Of a stretch of DNA of 64,000 nt, positions 37,060 through 45,245 are shown piece by piece. Numbering within the stretch: the first letter of the stretch is position 1; each line of letters starts with the position of its first letter. The stretch comes from Candidatus Nomurabacteria bacterium (GTDB lineage: Bacteria > Patescibacteriota > Minisyncoccia > Phycocordibacterales > UBA9973), in the NCBI GenBank assembly GCA_029288805.1, contig JARIGO010000017.1, forward strand, positions 2,884-66,883. Reading direction: 5' to 3'. The position numbers and the translations under genes were made by a program. A model generated the notes under the pieces. The model ran no database searches. It was not told the DNA's origin and saw only the letters and a program-made list of their open reading frames with translations.

Positions 37060-38724
37060 ATGCTTAACGTCTCAGATCTACAAAAGAATGTTCACGGGGA
37101 AGTAATGGCGGATGATCCGACATTGGAAAAGTATTCGAGAGATGCGTCATTGTTTGAGGTCCGACCGCAGGCAGTGGTATTTCCAAAAGATGCTGCGGAT
37201 GTGGAAGCCGTAGTGAAATATGTAGCTGAGCACAAGGCTGCTGATCCAAGCTTGTCTGTCACTGCTCGTTCTGCTGGTACGGACATGTCAGGAGGTCCAT
37301 TGAATGAAGGCATTATCATGGATTTCAATAAGTACATGAATGCGCTTATTTCCGTTGATGACGAAAAGGGCATTGCGCAGCCAGGACTTTTTTATCGTGA
37401 TTTCGAAAAAGAGACGTTGAAGCGCAATCGTATATTGCCATGCTATACCGCCTCAAAAGATTTGAACACTGTTGGCGGTATGTCAGCCAATAACTCGGGG
37501 GGAGAGAAGTCTATCAAGTATGGCAAGACTGAGCAGTATGTTCGTCGTCAGAAAGTAGTCTTTAGTGATGGTAATGAATATGAAGTAAAGCCGCTCACTA
37601 AGGCCGAGCTTGATGTCAAGATGGCGCAGAATGACTTTGAAGGAAAGATCTACAAACAAGTGTTTGATCTCATCGACATGCACTATGATGAAATCGAGGC
37701 AGCCAAGCCTCATGTTTCCAAAAATTCTGCAGGATACTATTTGTGGAATGTCTGGGATAAGGAGAAACAAATCTTTGATCTCAACAAACTGCTTGTCGGT
37801 TCACAGGGAACATTGGCAATGATTACAGAAGTGGAACTTGGTCTCGTGCCAGTACCGAAGTATTCAAAAATGGTTGTTATGTTTTTGCCAACGATCAATC
37901 GTCTCGGCGAAGTAGTAGACACTATCATGAAGTATGAGCCGGAAAGTTTCGAGTCATACGATGACTATAGTATGAAGCTCGCTATCAAGTTCTCATTTGA
38001 TTTCTTCTCGCAACTCGGCTTTTGGGGCGCTATCAAGCTTGGTATTCAGTTTATTCCAGACTTGCTGCGTGTAGTGTTCGGCGGTGTTCCGAAATTAATT
38101 CTCATGGCAGAAGTAACGGGAGACAACGAAGAAGAAGTATTGCAACGTGCTGAAGCCATCAAGACAGCCGTGAAGCCATTCAAGTATCAGACACATGTTG
38201 CGCGTAGTGCCGCTCAGGTGGAGAAGTACTGGAAGATTCGTCGCGAGAGTTTCAATCTTCTTCGCAAACACGTGAAGGGAAAGCAAACAGCACCATTTAT
38301 CGACGACATTATCGTTGATCCACACAAGATGCCGGAATTCCTTCCAAAGCTCCAATCCATCCTGGATCAATACAAATTGATTTACACTATTGCCGGTCAT
38401 GCAGGTAACGGCAACTTCCACATTATTCCGTTGATGGATCTCAATAACCCAATCTCGAGTGACATTATTCTTGATCTTTCCAAGAAGGTGTACCAGCTCG
38501 TAGCGGACTACGGTGGCTCTATTACTGCTGAACACAACGACGGTATTATCCGCACACCATTCCTTCCATATATGTATAAGCCTGACATTATCCAATATTT
38601 CGCCAAGGTAAAGGAGATTTTTGACCCTCAGGACATATTCAACCCAGGCAAGAAGGTGGGAGGCTCATTTGACTATATTGCAGCCCATCTCGTTAAATCC
38701 CATAACGTAGAGCATGGGTCTTGA
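37060..38724 (+). CDS. FAD-linked oxidase (GlcD/D-lactate dehydrogenase-like)
   Basis: RSAGTDMSGG, GSQGTLAMITE, GHAGNGNFH, AEHNDG and FDP..IFNPGK. Confidence 0.9.
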   Translation: MLNVSDLQKNVHGEVMADDPTLEKYSRDASLFEVRPQAVVFPKDAADVEAVVKYVAEHKAADPSLSVTARSAGTDMSGGPLNEGIIMDFNKYMNALISVDDEKGIAQPGLFYRDFEKETLKRNRILPCYTASKDLNTVGGMSANNSGGEKSIKYGKTEQYVRRQKVVFSDGNEYEVKPLTKAELDVKMAQNDFEGKIYKQVFDLIDMHYDEIEAAKPHVSKNSAGYYLWNVWDKEKQIFDLNKLLVGSQGTLAMITEVELGLVPVPKYSKMVVMFLPTINRLGEVVDTIMKYEPESFESYDDYSMKLAIKFSFDFFSQLGFWGAIKLGIQFIPDLLRVVFGGVPKLILMAEVTGDNEEEVLQRAEAIKTAVKPFKYQTHVARSAAQVEKYWKIRRESFNLLRKHVKGKQTAPFIDDIIVDPHKMPEFLPKLQSILDQYKLIYTIAGHAGNGNFHIIPLMDLNNPISSDIILDLSKKVYQLVADYGGSITAEHNDGIIRTPFLPYMYKPDIIQYFAKVKEIFDPQDIFNPGKKVGGSFDYIAAHLVKSHNVEHGS

Positions 38725-38785
38725 ATAAAAACGCCTGCTCAAATGAGAGCAGGCGTTTGCTTATAGGTATTCCTTCTTTAAATCA

Positions 38786-39157
38786 TCAATCTCTCTGAAC
38801 CAGAATGTTTCGAAATATGTATTCTTTTACAGGAGTGATTTCTTTCTCTAAATTCTTTATTTTCTGAAGAGTATATTTTTTAATTTCCTCTGAGTGAAAT
38901 GATGAAAATTTTTCCAACCTCTTTTTAAAAATAACAGGGGGTCCCAATGCGATTCCTAATATAGAACATAAAATAAAATGTGAAATTATACCTATTAACA
39001 CGTCCTTAGAAGTAATTGGTATACCATCGTGGAGTACTAATAGATATGAAGTTAACGTGCAGAGCATACCGCCGATAAAACCTCCTTGAAATATGGCCAA
39101 TAATTTCCCTGAGAGTGATTTGCTATAAAGCTCCCTTTCTATCGTGAATGATTTCAT
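38786..39157 (-). CDS. Hypothetical membrane protein (2 TM), AT-rich orphan
   Basis: Two TM segments; TTGACT promoter at about 39197-39202. Start could be 39178. Confidence 0.6.
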   Translation of the reverse strand: MKSFTIERELYSKSLSGKLLAIFQGGFIGGMLCTLTSYLLVLHDGIPITSKDVLIGIISHFILCSILGIALGPPVIFKKRLEKFSSFHSEEIKKYTLQKIKNLEKEITPVKEYIFRNILVQRD

Positions 39158-39255
39158 GTGTTGTTTTTTTGAAACCATATAATTTATTTAGCGCCAAGTC
39201 AATAATTATTATTTTCTTTAAATATCCTTGAGTAACATTTTGTTACATTGTTTCA

Positions 39256-39738
39256 ATGGGCAATTACGCTTTTATTGATAGTCAGAATGTTCATTTGGCA
39301 ATTCGAATGCAGGGATGGGAAATAGACTGGAAACGTTTCTGTATATATCTTAAGGAAAAGTATCAAGTCCAAAAAGCTTTTCTTTTTATCGGGTATGTTC
39401 CAGGAAATGATGAACTATATAAGCAACTTCAAGAAAGTGGCTTCATTTGCATATTTAAGCCGACTATTACTAACCAACAAGGGAAGATAAAGGGGAATAT
39501 AGATGCAGAGTTAATACTGCACACCATGGTTGAAATTAATAAATTCGACAAAGCAGTTATTGTCACGGGAGATGGGGACTTTTATTGTCTTATTAATCAT
39601 TTGATATCACAAAACAAGTTAGAGATTTTACTAGTACCAAATAGGCACCGATATTCTGCTCTTTTGAAGTTAAAACGTATCAATAAATATAGAAATTACA
39701 TGAATGACTTAAGGGGTAAAATAAAAAAGGCCCCGTAG
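39256..39738 (+). CDS. NYN domain (LabA/DUF88, PIN-like) ribonuclease
   Basis: FIDSQNV, KGNIDAEL and VTGDGDF; all four catalytic Asp positions are present. Confidence 0.92.
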   Translation: MGNYAFIDSQNVHLAIRMQGWEIDWKRFCIYLKEKYQVQKAFLFIGYVPGNDELYKQLQESGFICIFKPTITNQQGKIKGNIDAELILHTMVEINKFDKAVIVTGDGDFYCLINHLISQNKLEILLVPNRHRYSALLKLKRINKYRNYMNDLRGKIKKAP

Positions 39739-39775
39739 GTATTTCTCCTAAAGGGTGGTCTTTTTTGCTCGTGAT
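39720..39775 (-). ncRNA. Candidate antisense small RNA over the NYN gene 3' end
   Basis: Minus-strand TTGACA (39804-39809)-16-TATACT (39782-39787), followed by a hairpin and U-run; no ORF. Confidence 0.5.
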
Positions 39776-39848
39776 AATACCAGTATATTCGATCGGCATC
39801 GATTGTCAAATGTTGCATATTTTGCGTTTTTCAGTATACTAAGTGCCT

Positions 39849-40469
39849 ATGATTACCCTAGAAGCAACACAGCGAAATGGCTCTCCAGCAGCTCTTCGCG
39901 CACAAGAATTAGTTCCAGCAGTGTATTACGGTGCTGGTAAGGACGCAGTTTCTATTGCTATTTCAGCAAAGGATTTTATTAAGGTTTACAAGGAAGCAGG
40001 AGAAACTACTGCAGTGACTCTTACAATCGGTGGTGAAAAAATCAGTACGCTTATCCATGACATTCAACGTGATCCAATCGATGGCAGTGCTACACACGTA
40101 GACTTTCTCGTGATCGACATGAAGAAGGAAATCGAAGTGGCAGTACCGCTTGAATTCACTGGTACAGCTGAAGCCGAAAAGAACGGTCTCGGAACATTGG
40201 TGAAGGTGCTTCATGAAGTGCACGTAACAGCGCTTCCTGCAAACTTGCCACACGCCCTTGAGATTGACATTACAGGTCTCGACTCACTCGATAGTCAGAT
40301 TCACGTGAAGGACATCAAGCTTCCATCTGGTGTAACTATGGTTACTGATGGGGAAGAAGTTGTTGCTTCTATGAACGCATACGTTGAAGAAAAGGAAGAA
40401 GAAACAGCTGCTCCAGACCTCTCAGCTATTGAAGTAGAAAAGAAAGGAAAACAAGAAGACGAGGAATAA
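39849..40469 (+). CDS. rplY: 50S ribosomal protein L25/Ctc
   Basis: VPAVYYG, DIQRDP, HVDFL, VAVPLEFTG and an acidic tail. Confidence 0.95.
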   Translation: MITLEATQRNGSPAALRAQELVPAVYYGAGKDAVSIAISAKDFIKVYKEAGETTAVTLTIGGEKISTLIHDIQRDPIDGSATHVDFLVIDMKKEIEVAVPLEFTGTAEAEKNGLGTLVKVLHEVHVTALPANLPHALEIDITGLDSLDSQIHVKDIKLPSGVTMVTDGEEVVASMNAYVEEKEEETAAPDLSAIEVEKKGKQEDEE

Positions 40470-40527
40470 TTGATTTCGTCAATAGTTTTCGATGTAAGAC
40501 TCCTGGTATACTAGGAGTCTTATTGTT

Positions 40528-41907
40528 ATGTACAAAAAGATATTCATTATAGCTTCAATATTGCTTATCCCGCTGGCGTATACAACATTCCTCCTTGTTA
40601 CTCCAGTAGAAGCAGATGCTGCCACTCCAGCAGTTTGTACTAACCCTAGTAATTCGGACATTGCTCAAGCGTGTGCCGATTATGCGTCCGAAAATCAAGT
40701 ATTGGCTAACCTTCAAGCTCAGCTAGCCGCTCAAAAGAACAAAAGTGGTTCATTGCAAAAGAATGTAAGTTCCTTGGTTTCTCAAATTTCTGCCACTCAG
40801 TCAAAGATCTCTGGTGAAATCAGCACTATCAATAGTCTGAGCTTGGAAATTGGCCAAAAGCAAAAGGCTATTACCGACCTCAACACTGAGCTCGACCAAC
40901 AGCATGCTTCAATGGCGCAATTGCTCGTGAAGACCGATGAGATCGATCAGGAAGGCGCTGAGTACGTATTGCTCAGTGCTGACTCTATTTCAAACTTCTA
41001 CCAAGACTTAGATGACTTTTTCTCAATCAAGCAGTCACTATACGCTTCTTTAAATACTGTAAAACAAATCAAGAACACTACTGAGACCCAGGAGCAAGAA
41101 TTGCAGGACAAGCAGTCCCAGGCATTGAACGCAAAGAATGCGTTGCAAAGTCAAAAGAATCAATTGGCAACCAATCAACAGCAAGTACAACAGCTGCTCA
41201 ACAGCAGTAAGTCAGCCGAAGCTCAGGATTCCACTCTTATCAAGCAGCAGCAAGCCAAAGTGGCCGCTATCGAAAGTAAGCTCTTCAGTTTTGCCGGTGG
41301 TGCTACCGGTGCTATTCCATTCAGTCAGGCATATGCATATGCAACCACTGCGCAAAATGCCACCGGCGTACCGGCCGCATTTACGTTGGCTATTTTGACT
41401 CAGGAATCAAACTTGGGTAAGAACGTCGGTACTTGTAACCGTGCCGGTGACCCACCATCAAAGAGTTACTTGAATGTCATGAACCCAACACGTGATCAGC
41501 CGGACTTCCTAAAGATCACGGCAGCCTTGGGTCTCGACCCTGCTACTACTCCTGTGTCATGTCCTATCGGTGGCGGCGGATGGGGGGGTGCTATGGGTCC
41601 TGCGCAGTTCATTCCTTCAACATGGGTCGGTATTGCTCCTCAGGTGGCGGCTGCATTGGGTGAAGGCGCAGCAAATCCATGGAATGCTCGAGACGCTATT
41701 ATGGCTTCTGCTGTTTATTTGAAAGCTCGCGGAGCGGGAAGTGACGAAACCAGTGAGCGCAATGCCGCTTGTAAATACTATTCAGGACGTTCTTGTGACG
41801 GTAAGTCACCTCCAAACAGTTTTTACGGAAACAGCGTCATGACCCTTACTCGCAGTATCCAGGCTGATATTGACTATTTGGTACAATATGGCGTATCAAG
41901 ACGGTAA
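40528..41907 (+). CDS. Secreted coiled-coil lytic transglycosylase (MltB/SLT_2-like)
   Basis: Signal peptide, PcsB-like coiled coil, AILTQES catalytic Glu and GAMGPAQFIPSTW. Confidence 0.88.
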   Translation: MYKKIFIIASILLIPLAYTTFLLVTPVEADAATPAVCTNPSNSDIAQACADYASENQVLANLQAQLAAQKNKSGSLQKNVSSLVSQISATQSKISGEISTINSLSLEIGQKQKAITDLNTELDQQHASMAQLLVKTDEIDQEGAEYVLLSADSISNFYQDLDDFFSIKQSLYASLNTVKQIKNTTETQEQELQDKQSQALNAKNALQSQKNQLATNQQQVQQLLNSSKSAEAQDSTLIKQQQAKVAAIESKLFSFAGGATGAIPFSQAYAYATTAQNATGVPAAFTLAILTQESNLGKNVGTCNRAGDPPSKSYLNVMNPTRDQPDFLKITAALGLDPATTPVSCPIGGGGWGGAMGPAQFIPSTWVGIAPQVAAALGEGAANPWNARDAIMASAVYLKARGAGSDETSERNAACKYYSGRSCDGKSPPNSFYGNSVMTLTRSIQADIDYLVQYGVSRR

Positions 41908-41953
41908 TAAAAGGGCTTGAAATCCTATAAAACTATGCTACAATAGACCCACT

Positions 41954-42208
41954 ATGAAAAAAGATACCCATCCAAAGAACTTCCGGGACGTTGTGTTCCA
42001 CGATAACTCTTCTGATGCAGAATTCGTTATTGCTTCAACAGTGAAGACTACAGAAACTACTACAAAAGACGGTAAGGAATACCCTATGTTCCGCGTAGAA
42101 ATTTCTAGTGCCTCTCATCCGTTTTACACTGGTACTGAAAAGGTTATCGACACTGCTGGACGTGTGGATCGCTTCAACAAGCGCCGCGCTGCTTCTGCAA
42201 AGAAGTAA
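41954..42208 (+). CDS. rpmE: 50S ribosomal protein L31, type B (zinc-free)
   Basis: [19 protein letters not shown] and GRVDRFNKR; no Cys. Confidence 0.95.
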   Translation: MKKDTHPKNFRDVVFHDNSSDAEFVIASTVKTTETTTKDGKEYPMFRVEISSASHPFYTGTEKVIDTAGRVDRFNKRRAASAKK

Positions 42209-42255
42209 CTCCAACAAAAAACGCCCTTTAAAGGCGTTTTTTGTTTTACCAAAAT

Positions 42256-43191
42256 ATGAACCTCGAAGAATTAAAAAAGAATCCTAAGACCCAATACCTT
42301 GCACAGCAGTACGAGCAGCTTTTGCTGCAGGAGGAAGAAACCAGGGCGTTGGCAGAAAGCGATGAGTCAATGAAGGAAATGGCTCAGGATGAATTGCAGG
42401 CTATTGAGGTTCAGAAGAAAGCTATTGAAGAGCAAGTAAAAGCTATTGAGGAATCAGAACGTGAGGAAGAGGAATTCCCTAATGAAATCATCTTGGAAGC
42501 CCGTGCTGGTGCAGGGGGTGACGAGGCTGCATTGTTTGCGGAACAACTCGTGGAAATGTATACGCGTTTTGCAGAATCAAAAGGATGGCAGACAAAAAAG
42601 ATTGACGACATGACGCTTGAAATAAAGGGTAAGGATGTCTATCGTTTGCTTCGTTTTGAGACAGGAGTGCATCGTGTACAGCGCGTACCCGTAACCGAAA
42701 AGAACGGCCGTATTCACACTTCAACTGCATCCATCGCCATTTTGCCAATCAAGAAAAAGGTGAAATTTGAAATCAATCCTTCTGACCTTGATATGGAGTA
42801 CTCTCGTTCCGGTGGAGCAGGAGGGCAGAACGTCAACAAGGTTGAAACGGCAGTGCGTCTTATTCACCGTCCGACTGGTATCGACGTGCGTTCAACCAGT
42901 GAGCGCAGTCAGCTGGCAAACCGCGAAAAGGCGTTGCAGATTTTGACTGCTAAGCTTCAGCAAATGAAAGAGGAAGAAGAAGCTAAGAAATATGCTGGTG
43001 ACCGCAAGAACCAAATCGGTACCGCTGATCGCAGTGAGAAGATTCGCACGTACAACTTCCCGCAGGATCGCGTGACCGACCACCGTATTCGTCAGAACTT
43101 CTCCAACATCGAAGGCATTATGCTCGGTAAGTTGGATAAGATTATTGATGCAATGCAGAGTGGTGAGGTAGGTGAGGCAGAAGAAGAGTAG
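42256..43191 (+). CDS. prfA: Peptide chain release factor 1 (shortened)
   Basis: [12 protein letters not shown] (PxT), GAGGQNVNK and [14 protein letters not shown]. Confidence 0.93.
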   Translation: MNLEELKKNPKTQYLAQQYEQLLLQEEETRALAESDESMKEMAQDELQAIEVQKKAIEEQVKAIEESEREEEEFPNEIILEARAGAGGDEAALFAEQLVEMYTRFAESKGWQTKKIDDMTLEIKGKDVYRLLRFETGVHRVQRVPVTEKNGRIHTSTASIAILPIKKKVKFEINPSDLDMEYSRSGGAGGQNVNKVETAVRLIHRPTGIDVRSTSERSQLANREKALQILTAKLQQMKEEEEAKKYAGDRKNQIGTADRSEKIRTYNFPQDRVTDHRIRQNFSNIEGIMLGKLDKIIDAMQSGEVGEAEEE

Positions 43192-43235
43192 CTTGAAAAA
43201 ACTGAAAAATTTGATATAGTTATTCAGCTACGAAT

Positions 43236-43307
43236 GCGTGTATAGTTCAGTGGTAGAACGCTGTCCTGATAAGACAGAGGTCCTTGGTCCGATTCCAAGT
43301 ACACGCA
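43236..43307 (+). tRNA. tRNA-Ile(GAT)
   Basis: Acceptor GCGTGTA/TACACGC, anticodon arm CTGTC-CTGATAA-GACAG, T arm CTTGG-TCCGATT-CCAAG. Confidence 0.9.
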
Positions 43308-43310
43308 CAA

Positions 43311-43343
43311 CAAATGTCCTCCCATACTATGGGAGGACATTTG
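43311..43343 (+). terminator. Hairpin after tRNA-Ile
   Basis: CAAATGTCCTCCCATA-c-TATGGGAGGACATTTG. Confidence 0.7.
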
Positions 43344-43394
43344 CATTTTTTACTAAATATTGTATAATTTACAAAAAGAAAGGAGGTATTATAT

Positions 43395-44123
43395 ATGGAA
43401 TTATCTAAGAATAATGCTTTATACAAAGGCAATGTTCCGCTTGATAATGAGTTTAAAAGAAAAGAATATATCAATGAGCATGCGAGATTTTTGAAAGAGA
43501 GGCTAACCTTGGCGTTCGCTGACCTGAAAGATCAAAAGTTTATACTTGAGCATAGTGTGTATCTTGAAGAGAATAAGCGTGCAAATATGGTATTTCATGC
43601 AACATATGATTGCATTACTATAAATAACATCAAGGTTCAATTTCAATTTGTGCTTGATCTGAGAAATCTCTTTAACAGAAACAAGATAGAATTTGCCAAC
43701 TCACGATTCTGTAAGATACAGGTGCCGGTTCATTCCCGTAGATACGGTCTTTATAACACCGTACGGCATCAGTTGGTTATCTGGAACACGGGGGCACTGA
43801 CAGAAACATTGTTCTTGAGCTTTTTGCAGTCAATCAGTAGCCGATACAGTAGAATTGTTCGCGTGTACAAAACAAGCGTGTATAGTGATAAAGTTCTCGG
43901 TATTGATTTCGTGGTATGTTTGCTGACAAAGCCATATTATGAGGAAAAAAAGATTTTTTTTAACGTAAAGTCATCAGAAAATTTTTTGGAAAAGCATAAG
44001 AGTAAGTTTCCAAACATCAGTACATTTGTTTTTAGTAAAATGTACCTCTCTGATGAGAATGCACTAGAGAAAAACTTTTTACGCTTCTTAATAAGAGCTT
44101 CAAAGGAAACTGTTCATATGTAA
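43395..44123 (+). CDS. Hypothetical protein with a C-terminal PD-(D/E)XK-like motif
   Basis: SDKVLGIDFVV...FFNVKSS. Preceded by TTGCAT-16-TATAAT and a perfect AAGGAGGT. Confidence 0.65.
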   Translation: MELSKNNALYKGNVPLDNEFKRKEYINEHARFLKERLTLAFADLKDQKFILEHSVYLEENKRANMVFHATYDCITINNIKVQFQFVLDLRNLFNRNKIEFANSRFCKIQVPVHSRRYGLYNTVRHQLVIWNTGALTETLFLSFLQSISSRYSRIVRVYKTSVYSDKVLGIDFVVCLLTKPYYEEKKIFFNVKSSENFLEKHKSKFPNISTFVFSKMYLSDENALEKNFLRFLIRASKETVHM

Positions 44124-44196
44124 TGTTCATAAAGCCCGACAGACGTCGGGCTTTATTATGTTTACATTTTTTCAAACTGCTATAGTATAGACGTAT

Positions 44197-44883
44197 ATGA
44201 CGCTATATATAGTAGCCACTCCAATAGGGAACCTCGCAGACTGCTCTCCTCGAGCAAAGGAAATGCTTCAGGAAGCGACGCTTATTATTGCGGAAGACAC
44301 TCGTACTACGGGGCAGCTTTTGAAATTGCTCGGCATAGAAGGCAAGAAGGAGTTCAAATCTTCTCATGCACAAAGCAGTCCAGCGGAATTGGAGAAAACT
44401 CTGGATGCATGTGCACTGCACGAAACCATCTGCCTGGTCACTGATGCTGGCACGCCGGCTATCTCTGACCCCGGTTCATTTTTCATACAGCATTTTCGTA
44501 CACGATATCCTGATGCAATAGTAGCCCCCATTCCAGGACCATCCGCTGTCATTGCAGCACTGTCAGTATCAGGTTTTCCGAGTTCTCATTTTGAATTCCT
44601 CGGCTTCATTCCGCACAAAAAGGGAAGACAGACCCTCTTTCAGTCTTTGGCCGACAAAGAACATACAGTCGTCCTATATGAGTCACCACACCGTATTTTG
44701 AAGACGCTGGAATCGCTTCGTGAGACCTTGCCTCACGACAGGCAGATTATGGTGGGCCGCGAAATGACCAAACAGTTTGAGGAATATCCCGTCAGTACCG
44801 CCACAGAATTGCTGGAATATTACACAAGTCATCCTGACAAGGTTCGGGGAGAGTTTGTCGTAGTAATATCTCCAAGTTCATAG
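44197..44883 (+). CDS. rsmI: 16S rRNA C1402 2'-O-methyltransferase
   Basis: LYIVATPIGNL, AEDTR, DAGTPAISDPG, YESPHR, REMTK.FEE and RGEFV. Confidence 0.96.
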   Translation: MTLYIVATPIGNLADCSPRAKEMLQEATLIIAEDTRTTGQLLKLLGIEGKKEFKSSHAQSSPAELEKTLDACALHETICLVTDAGTPAISDPGSFFIQHFRTRYPDAIVAPIPGPSAVIAALSVSGFPSSHFEFLGFIPHKKGRQTLFQSLADKEHTVVLYESPHRILKTLESLRETLPHDRQIMVGREMTKQFEEYPVSTATELLEYYTSHPDKVRGEFVVVISPSS

Positions 44884-44887
44884 TGAA

Positions 44888-44986
44888 GCGAAAACACCCT
44901 ATTTGCCGGCTCTCGCAGGACGACTGGTCCGAGAGTGAGCGAATTTTCAGCAGAAAATTACGCGACGGCAAATAGGGTGTTTTCGC
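44888..44986. repeat. 99-bp element with 21-bp perfect terminal inverted repeats and two internal hairpins
   Basis: GCGAAAACACCCTATTTGCCG pairs with CGGCAAATAGGGTGTTTTCGC. Confidence 0.85.
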
Positions 44987-45023
44987 GTAACATGGGTAAT
45001 TCAGAGTATGATATAATATCTCT

Positions 45024-45245
45024 ATGATTGGAAAATTACGATTGTTGTTTTGGCTCGGCATTGTCATGCTTTTCTTGCCATTTTTCGGTATTCCTAATAC
45101 CTGGAAAACCGTCCTTGCAGTCCTGATCGGCATCGGCTTAATTTTCATATCTGTCAGCCTGCGCAAGAAGCACCGGCATTTGCGAAGCGTTATTCGTAAC
45201 CTCGAGCAAACCGTAACAGAACATACTATCAACATTCATGAATAA
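45024..45245 (+). CDS. Small 2-TM membrane protein
   Basis: LPFFGIPNTWK between two TM helices; TATAAT 6 nt before the ATG; overlaps the next gene. Confidence 0.75.
   Translation: MIGKLRLLFWLGIVMLFLPFFGIPNTWKTVLAVLIGIGLIFISVSLRKKHRHLRSVIRNLEQTVTEHTINIHE

Noticed and set aside
40700..41280. Gln/Lys-rich repetitive-looking DNA
   Set aside because: It encodes the coiled coil of the lytic transglycosylase; there is no nucleotide-level tandem repeat.
42256..43191. Short prfA as a pseudogene or frameshifted release factor
   Set aside because: The frame is continuous with intact PxT and GGQ motifs. The shortening is in-frame and there is no prfB-type slippery site.
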